Shown: positions 9,711 through 17,440 of the stretch, piece by piece | Numbering within the stretch: position 1 is the first letter of the stretch | Layout: each line of letters starts with the position of its first letter | Position numbers and translations under genes: made by a program | Notes under the pieces: model-generated | Database searches by the model: none | What the model was told of the DNA's origin: nothing | Seen by the model: only the letters and a program-made list of their open reading frames with translations | Source: Puniceicoccaceae bacterium | GTDB lineage: Bacteria > Verrucomicrobiota > Verrucomicrobiia > Opitutales > Oceanipulchritudinaceae | DNA: 64,000 nucleotides | Reading direction: 5' to 3' | Assembly (NCBI GenBank): GCA_040830765.1 | Contig: JBFOMH010000019.1 | Span: 64,001 to 128,000 of the forward strand

Positions 9711-11564
9711 TCAGGTTCCTTGTGGTGCCGAAGTGGCAACGGTTGGAGTGGGATCATCCCCCTTGTTCTGGATGTGCCAGAGCCGCCGGTACAATCCATC
9801 GCTGGCGCACAATTCCTCGTGAGTGCCGCTCTGGATGATGCGGCCGTTGTCCATGACAATCACCTTGTCGGCGTGGGCCAGCGTGGACAACCGGTGGGCA
9901 ATGACCAGTGTCGTCATTTTTCCATGACGTTTCTTGAGGGCGTCGATAATGATTTCCTCCGTCTCCGTGTCGACGGCACTGAGGGCGTCGTCCAATAGGA
10001 GGACCGGTGCCTCCCGCAGGAGGGCCCGGGCCAGGGCCACCCGCTGGCGCTGACCGCCCGACAGGGTAACGCCACGCTCGCCGACCATTGTCTCGTAACC
10101 GGAGGGAAACCGGTCGATGGTTTCGTGGATATGCGCCATTTGGGCAACACGGCTAATCTCCTCCTCGTCCGCCGAGGGGCGGCCGATGCGGATGTTTTCG
10201 ATGATCGACTTGGAAAAGAGGAAAGGCTCCTGCATTACAGTGGCGAACTGGTGCCGGGCCCATTTCCGGTCCAGGTCCTTCATCTCGGTTCCATCAAAGC
10301 GCAGGCTACCGGACTGGTAGTCATAGAGACGCAGAAGCAAATGGATGAGCGTCGACTTGCCGGATCCGGAAGGCCCGAGGATGGCCAGGGTCTGGCCGGG
10401 AAGGACCTCAAAGGAAACTTCCTGCAGGGCGACCTGACCGTCATTATGGGAGAATGTCACGTTTTCCGCGACGATGTGACCCGCGCCGGCCGGCTCGTCT
10501 ACTTCGCCGGTACGCCCTTCCTCGGGTTGCTCGAGGATGTCCTGGATTCGACCAATGGCCACGATCGACTTCCCCAGCTCGGTCAGGGTCCGGCCCATCT
10601 GGCGAACCGGCCAAAGGACAAGATTGAGCAGCATAATGAAGGCAAACAGGGTGCCTACCGTCAGCTCCCCGGCTGAAATGAAATAGATGCCCAGACCAAG
10701 CACGATGGCGTTCTGGGTCAGGGCAATCATGTCGGAAATTGACCAGTAGATGGCCATCAGGCTGATCAGGCGCAAACCCAGGTCGCGGTATTCCTGATTC
10801 GGTCCACTAAACTTCTCGATCTCGAAATCCTGTTGCCGGAATGCCCGGACAACGCGCAAACCGGTCAGGTTCTCCTGGACCACGGACGTCACCTTGCCCT
10901 CCGCTTCGTCAAAGCGCTGGAAGAGGTGCCTCACCCGCTTGATATAGAAATAGCCGAAGGCAATGATCGGACCGATGAGGATAAAGCTCGCCAGCGCCAT
11001 GTGGAAGTCCAGCAGGAACATCAGCGGAATGGCTGTGCCCATGAGGATGAGGGCATGGCTCACGTCGACCACCTGGTTGTTGATGGCCAGGCGGAGGGTC
11101 TCCACATCGCTAGTACAGCGCTGAACAAGGTCACCTGTCTCGGCCTCGTCGTGGAAGCGCATCGGCAACTCCTGCAGGTGAGAGTAGAGTCGGTTCTTCA
11201 GCTTCCGGGCAATGCCATCCGCCGCTTCAGCCGCCAGCTTGCCCTTGAAGAAGTTGAAAATGCCGGCAAATAACGTCAGGCCAATCATCAGCAGGCCGGC
11301 CAGCCAGAGGTTCTGCGCCAGCCAGGACTGCTCAACGAAGCGCTCAAAGAACTGGACAATCCGGCTGCTGCCGTTCCCGCTCTCAAGCGCGTAGTCGATG
11401 GTCCCGCTGGCGACCAGGGGAACAAGGAACCGAAGTCCCGTCCCGGCCAGCATCGCGGCAATAGCAAGCGCGAACCGGCCCCGGTAGCCGGTCATCAAGG
11501 ACCACGCAATCCGTACCGCTTCGGCGGCCGGTCGCATTGGTTTGTTCTGTTGATTGTCTTGCAT
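9711..11564 (-). CDS. ABC exporter, fused TMD-NBD subunit A (degenerate Walker B)
   Basis: GPSGSGKST, LSGGQRQ, LLLDDALSAVD (D for catalytic E, typical of heterodimeric MdlA-like exporters). Start probably ATG 11564 or 11537, not the TTG at 11612 which lies inside a terminator. Confidence 0.93.
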   Translation of the reverse strand: MQDNQQNKPMRPAAEAVRIAWSLMTGYRGRFALAIAAMLAGTGLRFLVPLVASGTIDYALESGNGSSRIVQFFERFVEQSWLAQNLWLAGLLMIGLTLFAGIFNFFKGKLAAEAADGIARKLKNRLYSHLQELPMRFHDEAETGDLVQRCTSDVETLRLAINNQVVDVSHALILMGTAIPLMFLLDFHMALASFILIGPIIAFGYFYIKRVRHLFQRFDEAEGKVTSVVQENLTGLRVVRAFRQQDFEIEKFSGPNQEYRDLGLRLISLMAIYWSISDMIALTQNAIVLGLGIYFISAGELTVGTLFAFIMLLNLVLWPVRQMGRTLTELGKSIVAIGRIQDILEQPEEGRTGEVDEPAGAGHIVAENVTFSHNDGQVALQEVSFEVLPGQTLAILGPSGSGKSTLIHLLLRLYDYQSGSLRFDGTEMKDLDRKWARHQFATVMQEPFLFSKSIIENIRIGRPSADEEEISRVAQMAHIHETIDRFPSGYETMVGERGVTLSGGQRQRVALARALLREAPVLLLDDALSAVDTETEEIIIDALKKRHGKMTTLVIAHRLSTLAHADKVIVMDNGRIIQSGTHEELCASDGLYRRLWHIQNKGDDPTPTVATSAPQGT

Positions 11565-11571
11565 TGCTTGA

Positions 11572-11601
11572 AATGAAAAATCCCGCTGTGGAGCGGGATT
11601 T
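11572..11601 (-). terminator. Second terminator-like hairpin in the ABC leader
   Basis: Minus strand AAATCCCGCT-ccac-AGCGGGATTT-TTCATT immediately before the start codon. Confidence 0.6.
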
Positions 11602-11605
11602 CCGG

Positions 11606-11640
11606 AAAACAAAAAGGCCCGCTCTGTTCAGGCGGGCCCA
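11606..11640 (-). terminator. Attenuator terminator upstream of the ABC operon
   Basis: Minus strand tgGGCCCGC-ctgaacaga-GCGGGCC-TTTTTGTTTT. Confidence 0.8.
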
Positions 11641-11668
11641 CAAAAAAGGGATATCCTATGAATAAGGA

Positions 11669-11734
11669 TTAGGCCACGCCATGCCTCCGCATCGTGGAGG
11701 CGCAAAGAATACTATGGATGACCGGCTTGCTCAT
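11669..11734 (-). CDS. Putative leader peptide (21 aa, MSKPVIHSILCASTMRRHGVA)
   Basis: ATG 11734 to TAA 11669; its 3' end GGCGTGGCCTA is complementary to the terminator left arm TGGGCCCGCC. Confidence 0.6.
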   Translation of the reverse strand: MSKPVIHSILCASTMRRHGVA

Positions 11735-11831
11735 GAAAAATTTCCCGTGGTTAATTCGTTCTTATAAAGATATGCCCCCGGGGTACCTTGGTTGGCAAGC
11801 CGAATTATCAAAAATTACCCCCGGCGTAGGC

Positions 11832-12449
11832 TCATTGTAGTCCAGCCATACCTTTGCGGATGCGGTTGACGATGGTGTAGAGCAACAAGGCGATGGCCGC
11901 GCAGAGCACCCAGTTAAACCAGCCAGCCAATCCAAAGCCAATGGCTGCCAGGAAACCGGTTACGCCCCAGAAAAGGGCCCGATCACTTTTGCCCATTGGA
12001 CCATCGTAGCGGCGTTCACCACCCAGGGCTTGCAGAATCAGGCCGGTGAATTCAGTCAGGATGGCCAGGATGACAAACACCACCACCAGCAACGGCGACA
12101 TCGCGGGATGGGCCACGAAGGGCAGGTAGAGGCAGGTGTCGCTGATCACATCACCCAGCTCGTTTAGCACACCGCCCAGATCCGACTTCTGCCCGTGCTC
12201 CCGGGCCAGCATGCCATCAATGGCATTCAGGGCCATCCGGATGAACAAGACAACCGGCAAGCCTATCAAGGCCGCGGGGTTCGTCGGCTGGAGGTATAGC
12301 CAGAGTCCCTCAAGGGCCGACAAAATGACCGCGAAGATTGTCACTTGATTGGCGGTCACCCCATTCCGGGCAAGGAACCGGGTTATCGGCCTGAGTAAAT
12401 TCTGAAAGGCCGGTTTCAGTTGGTAGACAGTCGGGATTTTCATGGCCAT
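11832..12449 (-). CDS. CDP-alcohol phosphatidyltransferase family (YnbA-like)
   Basis: TVYQLKPAFQNLLRP, RMALNAIDGMLARE...GGVLNELGDVISD, GPMGKSDRA. Confidence 0.9.
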   Translation of the reverse strand: MAMKIPTVYQLKPAFQNLLRPITRFLARNGVTANQVTIFAVILSALEGLWLYLQPTNPAALIGLPVVLFIRMALNAIDGMLAREHGQKSDLGGVLNELGDVISDTCLYLPFVAHPAMSPLLVVVFVILAILTEFTGLILQALGGERRYDGPMGKSDRALFWGVTGFLAAIGFGLAGWFNWVLCAAIALLLYTIVNRIRKGMAGLQ

Positions 12450-13399
12450 CAGGTAAAGTAGAAGCGCACCAGATGGAAAAAGATCGGTGCCGAGAAGCAG
12501 AGCGAGTCGACCCGGTCAAGCATACCCCCGTGTCCGCCAAGGACCCGCCCATAATCCTTGACGCCGCGGTCGCGCTTGATGGCGGACATGATGAGCCCTC
12601 CCCAGAAGCCGAACAGGCAAATCATGAAGGACATGACCGCAGCCTCCCACCATGTACCAGGAGTCGCCCACCAGAGGAGCGTACCTAGAAGGGTTGCTGA
12701 ACCAACCCCACCAATAAAGCCCTCCCATGTCTTGCTCGGTGACAGGATGGGGACTATGGGCGTCTTTCCGAGGAGCTTCCCGAAGACATACTGCAAGACA
12801 TCGCTGGCCTGCACGACAATGACAAAGAAGAGGAGCAACTTGCTGTTGGACCCGGGATAATCGGGAAAGTCCAGAATCAGAAGTGCGGGGACATGGCTGA
12901 TGAAATATACGCACAGAAGCACTGCCCATTGGATCTCGGAGGACCGCTCCATGAAGTCCTCCACATCGTTGCCGACGGCAGACAACATCGGAATAAAGGC
13001 CAGTACCCAAACAGGAATAAAGATGACAAAAAAGCCATACCACTCAATCCAGATGAGCAGGTAGTTGATTGGGATGACGAGAAAGAAAGCCAGGGCGAGG
13101 GTGTTGTAGTCAGTTGGCCGGGTTGGGGTCAGGGTGACGAACTCCCGCATGGCCAGAAAGGAGATCAGCGCAAACAGGATGATCGTTCCAGTGGGTTCAT
13201 AAATGATCGCGATGGTGAAGATGATCACCATGGCCCACCAGGCTCGTACACGCGAAGCGAGGTTTTTCAGGACCGGGCTTTCCCTGCCCCTGGCCCGGCG
13301 GCACAGGATAGAGGTTATAAGTGAGGCAACCGAGAGGAAAACCAACACTCCGCCAACCAGGTAATGTATTCCAGGATCATACATGACAGGTTCAATCAC
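12449..13399 (-). CDS. Phosphatidate cytidylyltransferase (YnbB/CdsA family)
   Basis: SDVLQYVFGK..GK, SPSKTWEG, SAIKRDRGVKDYG..LGGHGGMLDRVDS. Confidence 0.92.
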   Translation of the reverse strand: MIEPVMYDPGIHYLVGGVLVFLSVASLITSILCRRARGRESPVLKNLASRVRAWWAMVIIFTIAIIYEPTGTIILFALISFLAMREFVTLTPTRPTDYNTLALAFFLVIPINYLLIWIEWYGFFVIFIPVWVLAFIPMLSAVGNDVEDFMERSSEIQWAVLLCVYFISHVPALLILDFPDYPGSNSKLLLFFVIVVQASDVLQYVFGKLLGKTPIVPILSPSKTWEGFIGGVGSATLLGTLLWWATPGTWWEAAVMSFMICLFGFWGGLIMSAIKRDRGVKDYGRVLGGHGGMLDRVDSLCFSAPIFFHLVRFYFT

Positions 13400-14009
13400 T
13401 CAGTTCGAGAAGCGCATCCCGGGCATGCGCGAGAAATTCGTCCCGCTTCCCGTGCAAAGCCTTGAATGGAAGGGGTTCACCGAAGGTAATCCGGCTAATC
13501 AGGGGAATCGGGAAAAACTTCCCCTTGGGCATCATCCGGTTGAGGTTTTCCAGGTAGATCGGAATCATGGGGACCTGCGGACACACCTCTGCGATGTGAA
13601 AGAGCCCGCTCTTGAATCTGGCCGGCTCCATGCCAGTCTGACGGGTCCCTTCCGGAAATACGATCAGGGAAGTACCGCCCTCCAGCACCTTGCGCATCTG
13701 TTCAACTGGATTGTTCGCCCGTGTGATGCGTCGTCGCTCGATGAGCAAAGCGTTGAATACATCACATCCAAGGAAACGCGTCATCCGGTTGCGAACCCAG
13801 TAGTCCTTACCCGCTACCGGCCGCGTGTTCAGTCGCTCCTTATGTGGCAGGACCGACCAGATAAGCGTAAAATCCATGTGCGAGGTATGGTTGGCGTAGT
13901 ATACTTTCGGTCCTGGGGGCAGTTCCTCGCCGTGAATCGGCCGGACCCCGCAGATCACCCGGATGGTGGCTGCCGTTACCTTGAGGGCCAGTCGCTTGAA
14001 ATCCGCCAT
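13392..14009 (-). CDS. Lysophospholipid acyltransferase (PlsC-like)
   Basis: NHTSHMD (HX4D), VAGKDYW, IVFPEGTR, FKSG. Confidence 0.9.
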   Translation of the reverse strand: MADFKRLALKVTAATIRVICGVRPIHGEELPPGPKVYYANHTSHMDFTLIWSVLPHKERLNTRPVAGKDYWVRNRMTRFLGCDVFNALLIERRRITRANNPVEQMRKVLEGGTSLIVFPEGTRQTGMEPARFKSGLFHIAEVCPQVPMIPIYLENLNRMMPKGKFFPIPLISRITFGEPLPFKALHGKRDEFLAHARDALLELSD

Positions 14010-14136
14010 TATCAAGCATAATGGCATAGAGCAGCCACCTGAGAAAGCAATTATTTTACAGTTATTCCCAGCCCCGGAATTTGTTCGCCTTGGTCCTCAC
14101 GGTCGCTAAACTGTGGATTGGAAAGGAGGGGATTGT

Positions 14137-14505
14137 ATGATTAGCAAGTTTGAAGGCTTGCCGGAGAATGTGGCTGCCTATCGCGCTTCGGGAGAAGTGA
14201 CGCGGGAAGACTACGAAAAAACCCTGATTCCGGACGTCGAGGACAAGCTGGAACACCATGAAAAAATCCGGCTGCTCTATTATCTGGGTCCGGAATTCAA
14301 GGGATTCACGGCCGGAGCCATGTGGGACGACACCAAGGTCGGCCTGAAGCACATCGGTTCATGGGACAAGGTGGCGATGGTGACCGATGTCCCGTGGTTG
14401 CGGAATACCGTCAAGTGCCTTGGTTTTGTCATTCCAGGGAAGGTGAAAATCTTCCACAACGCGGAGCTGGATCAGGCCAAGGACTGGATAACCAGTCACA
14501 ACTAG
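14137..14505 (+). CDS. STAS/SEC14 (SpoIIAA-like) domain protein
   Basis: SD AAGGAGG before ATG 14137; GEVTREDYE..IP, AMWDDTKVG, KVAMVTDVPW, AKDWI. Confidence 0.85.
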   Translation: MISKFEGLPENVAAYRASGEVTREDYEKTLIPDVEDKLEHHEKIRLLYYLGPEFKGFTAGAMWDDTKVGLKHIGSWDKVAMVTDVPWLRNTVKCLGFVIPGKVKIFHNAELDQAKDWITSHN

Positions 14506-14550
14506 AGTCCGATCCGCCAGGGAAACCTACGAGTCTAAACAAGCGGGCAA

Positions 14551-15312
14551 TCAGTCCCGCAGCTCAACTCCGACCGGACAATGGTCGGAGCCCAGGACAT
14601 GTTGGCGGATGAAGGCTCCCTGCAGCCGGTCCTTCATCTCCATGGAGGCGCAAAAGTAATCGATCCGCCAGCCAACATTGCGGGAGCGGGCACCCGCCCG
14701 GTAGCTCCACCATGAATACTGCTGGGGATCCTGGTTGAAATGGCGAAAGGTATCGATGAAACCGGCCTCGAGGTGCTGGCTGAAGGCCTCCCGCTCCTCC
14801 TCGGTAAAGCCTGCGCTCTTCTTGTTGGACTTGGGATTGGCGAGGTCGATCTCCTTGTGGGCGACATTGAGATCACCACCGAAGAGGACTGGCTTTTGTG
14901 CCGCCAGTCCGACGCAATAATCCCGGAATTTCCGGTCCCAGACCTGCGTGCGATATGCCAACCGTGAAAGGTCGCCCTTGGCATTGGGGGTGTAGACGTT
15001 GACCAGATAGAACCCGGGAAACTCCAGTGTCTGGGCCCGTCCCTCGGCATCGCCCTCGGGGCAGCCGATGCCGGTCGTGACTTTCAGGGGCTCGACCCGG
15101 CTGAGGACGAGGGTCCCGGAGTAGCCCTTGCGCTCGGCCGGATTCCAAAAGGCGGTGTATCCGGCGGGCAAGGTCCAGTCCTCCACCTGCTCCGGCGTGG
15201 CCTTGATTTCCTGGAAGCAAAAGACGTCGGCCGCCTCCTCGGCCAGATAGGCATCCAATCCCTTGCCGCGGACAGCCCGGAGCCCGTTGATATTCCATGA
15301 GACCAGCTTCAT
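14551..15312 (-). CDS. xth: Exodeoxyribonuclease III / AP endonuclease
   Basis: MKLVSWNINGLRA, QEIK, GYSGT, NVYTPN, GDLNVAH, YSWWSYR, GWRIDYF, GSDHCP; ATGA overlap with the upstream SET gene. Confidence 0.95.
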   Translation of the reverse strand: MKLVSWNINGLRAVRGKGLDAYLAEEAADVFCFQEIKATPEQVEDWTLPAGYTAFWNPAERKGYSGTLVLSRVEPLKVTTGIGCPEGDAEGRAQTLEFPGFYLVNVYTPNAKGDLSRLAYRTQVWDRKFRDYCVGLAAQKPVLFGGDLNVAHKEIDLANPKSNKKSAGFTEEEREAFSQHLEAGFIDTFRHFNQDPQQYSWWSYRAGARSRNVGWRIDYFCASMEMKDRLQGAFIRQHVLGSDHCPVGVELRD

Positions 15313-15848
15313 TGAGCGCCGGCCTTCTTCTTTTTCAGCTTTTTGAGGCGCTTCTTCAGCTTTTTCCGCTCCGACTCGGCAACGATGTAGCCGACACACT
15401 TGTCGGCCCCGCAGCGGCAGGGATGATCGAGGAAATGCTCGATATCATATCCATAATCAAATGAGATTTCCTCACCCTTCCTGATGTCACGGAGGGCATA
15501 GAGCCAGAGCTCATCCTCCTCGTTGACCATCTCGGCATTGGGCTCGCAGGAGTGGTTGATGAGGCGGGCATCGTTGTAATTCTTGTTACCGTCAAGGTCC
15601 CACTCCTCGTTCAAGTCGAATATATAGACAGCGGCCCCACCCGTCTTTTGCGATTCCTCAAAAAGGGCCAGCCCGCGCCGGTTCGATTCCTCCTTGTCGA
15701 TCTTTTCGCCGACGTACTGGATGATCCGTGTCCCCTCGGGAATCTGTCTCGAGGCAAAGACACCTTGCCCATGAATCGACGACTGACGCACCTCACAGTA
15801 CTTGTTGGACTGCTTGACCGTCTCGGAACCTTTTCCGTAACCTGTCAT
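15309..15848 (-). CDS. SET-domain protein-lysine methyltransferase with post-SET and Lys-rich tail
   Basis: IHGQGVFA, ARLINHSCEPN, EEISFDY, CRCGADKC, tail RKKLKKRLKKLKKKK. Confidence 0.9.
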   Translation of the reverse strand: MTGYGKGSETVKQSNKYCEVRQSSIHGQGVFASRQIPEGTRIIQYVGEKIDKEESNRRGLALFEESQKTGGAAVYIFDLNEEWDLDGNKNYNDARLINHSCEPNAEMVNEEDELWLYALRDIRKGEEISFDYGYDIEHFLDHPCRCGADKCVGYIVAESERKKLKKRLKKLKKKKAGAQ

Positions 15849-15920
15849 ATCCCATAACGAAAAAGTATCCGCCCGAACACCTGCAATCAAATTCCTGCAC
15901 AAATAACCTTCATTCCCTAC

Positions 15921-15943
15921 CCTTCGTCCTTAGTCCTTTGTCC
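15921..15943 (+). repeat. Short heptamer tandem repeat
   Basis: CCTTCGT-CCTTAGT-CCTTTGT-CC, nearly the same as 60323-60345. Confidence 0.6.
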
Positions 15944-15948
15944 AAATC

Positions 15949-16305
15949 ATGAACCCACAACAACTCGTCGACGAAGCCACCTTTGAATTTACCATGGGCG
16001 ACCATGCCGCCGCGCTGGAGAAACTCGACCAGGCCATCAAGCAGGATGCCGCCTGTTTTTCCGCCTGGCATGCCATGGCGGAAATCCAGTTTGACCAGCA
16101 GGCCTACGAAAAGGCGCTTGAAGCGGGTAAAATTGCCGTCGGGCTCAAGGAGGATGATGTCCATATCCATACCACCCTTTCCCGAATCTGGATGGAGCTC
16201 GGCGACAAGGACGAGGCCGAGAAGCACGGCGCCCGGGCCCGCGTCCTCGGCTGGAAGGAGCAATTGAAGGAGGAGCCGGAGGGGAACGGCCCGGCAGCGG
16301 TTTGA
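15949..16305 (+). CDS. TPR-repeat protein
   Basis: Helical TPR-like pattern: AALEKLDQAI, AWHAMAEI..YEKALEA, IHTTLSRIWMELGD..EAE. Confidence 0.75.
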   Translation: MNPQQLVDEATFEFTMGDHAAALEKLDQAIKQDAACFSAWHAMAEIQFDQQAYEKALEAGKIAVGLKEDDVHIHTTLSRIWMELGDKDEAEKHGARARVLGWKEQLKEEPEGNGPAAV

Positions 16306-16313
16306 TGCGATAA

Positions 16314-16393
16314 TCGCGCCGTAAAGGCGCTCACTACGTAGCGAACGGGTTTATCCCGCGACAGATTCCGTAGCGAGCGGGTTTATCCCGCGA
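16314..16393. repeat. Cluster of three GTAG-type REP-like palindromes
   Basis: Minus GTAGTGAGCGCCTTTACGGCGCGA (16337-16314); plus GTAGCGAACGGGTTTATCCCGCGA (16338-16361) and GTAGCGAGCGGGTTTATCCCGCGA (16370-16393). Confidence 0.75.
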
Positions 16394-16459
16394 TTATCCT
16401 CCTCCCCCCCGCGATTGACACCCGGACGCATCTTCCCCTAACCTTGTCCTCTTAAACTT

Positions 16460-17440
16460 ATGGATAACGGCGAATTCACCCTGGAGTTTGAGAAACCGCT
16501 GCGCGACCTGCAGCTGCGCCTGGAAGAGCTGATGACGGCCTCCGAGGAGCAGAATTTTGACGTTTCCGCAGAGACGGAAGCCATACGCAAACGGCTTGAG
16601 GAGACCAAGCGGGACATTTACACGCACCTCACCCCATGGCAGCGGGTCCAGCTGGCGCGGCACCCGAAGCGGCCCTATTCGCTCGACTACATCAATGCCA
16701 TCTTCACGGGTTTCCAGGAATTGCACGGCGATCGGAGCTATGGCGACGATCAGGCACTCATCGGGGGAACCGCCTTCTTTGACGGCCAGCCTGTCATGAT
16801 CATCGCTCAACAGAAGGGCCGTGACGTGAAGGACAACCTCCGCCGCAACTTTGGCATGCCACATCCGGAAGGATATCGCAAGGCCCTGCGCCTGATGCAG
16901 ATGGCCGAAAAATTCAACCTGCCGATCATCACTTTCATCGACACCAAGGCGGCCTATGCCGGAGTCGGCTCGGAGGAGCGCCACGTTTCCGAGGCCATTG
17001 CCCGCAATCTGCGCGAAATGGCCAATCTCAAGGTGCCCATCATCGGGATTATCATCGGTGAAGGGGGCAGCGGCGGCGCCCTCGGGATTGCCGTGGTCGA
17101 CAAATTGCTCGTTCAGCAGCACGCCTATTACTCGGTCATCCCCCCGGAAGGCTGCGCTGCCATCCTCTGGCGCGACCGGAAATATGCTGAGACGGCGGCC
17201 AACGCCCTCAAGCTGGGGGCCAAGGAGTTGCTTGAACAAGGTATCGCTGACGAGGTGGTAGAGGAACCCTTGGGGGGAGCCCACAGGGATCCGGAAATGG
17301 CTTCTGAAGCCCTCCGAAAAGCGATCACCAAGAACCTTTCCAAGCTGAAGCGTCTCAAGACCGAGACCCTCCTCGACAAGCGCTACGAGAAGTACCGCAA
17401 CATGGGCGACTTTATCGATCCGGCGGCAACTGAGGCCTAA
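16460..17440 (+). CDS. accA: Acetyl-CoA carboxylase carboxyltransferase alpha subunit
   Basis: LEFEKP, WQRVQLARHPKRP, ELHGDR, RNFGMPHPEGYRKALR, IGEGGSGGALG, YSVIPPEGCAAILW. Confidence 0.97.
   Translation: MDNGEFTLEFEKPLRDLQLRLEELMTASEEQNFDVSAETEAIRKRLEETKRDIYTHLTPWQRVQLARHPKRPYSLDYINAIFTGFQELHGDRSYGDDQALIGGTAFFDGQPVMIIAQQKGRDVKDNLRRNFGMPHPEGYRKALRLMQMAEKFNLPIITFIDTKAAYAGVGSEERHVSEAIARNLREMANLKVPIIGIIIGEGGSGGALGIAVVDKLLVQQHAYYSVIPPEGCAAILWRDRKYAETAANALKLGAKELLEQGIADEVVEEPLGGAHRDPEMASEALRKAITKNLSKLKRLKTETLLDKRYEKYRNMGDFIDPAATEA

Noticed and set aside
16338..16393. Possible CRISPR array (two 24-nt repeats)
   Set aside because: Only two direct copies separated by 8 nt, and no cas genes; this fits REP elements better.
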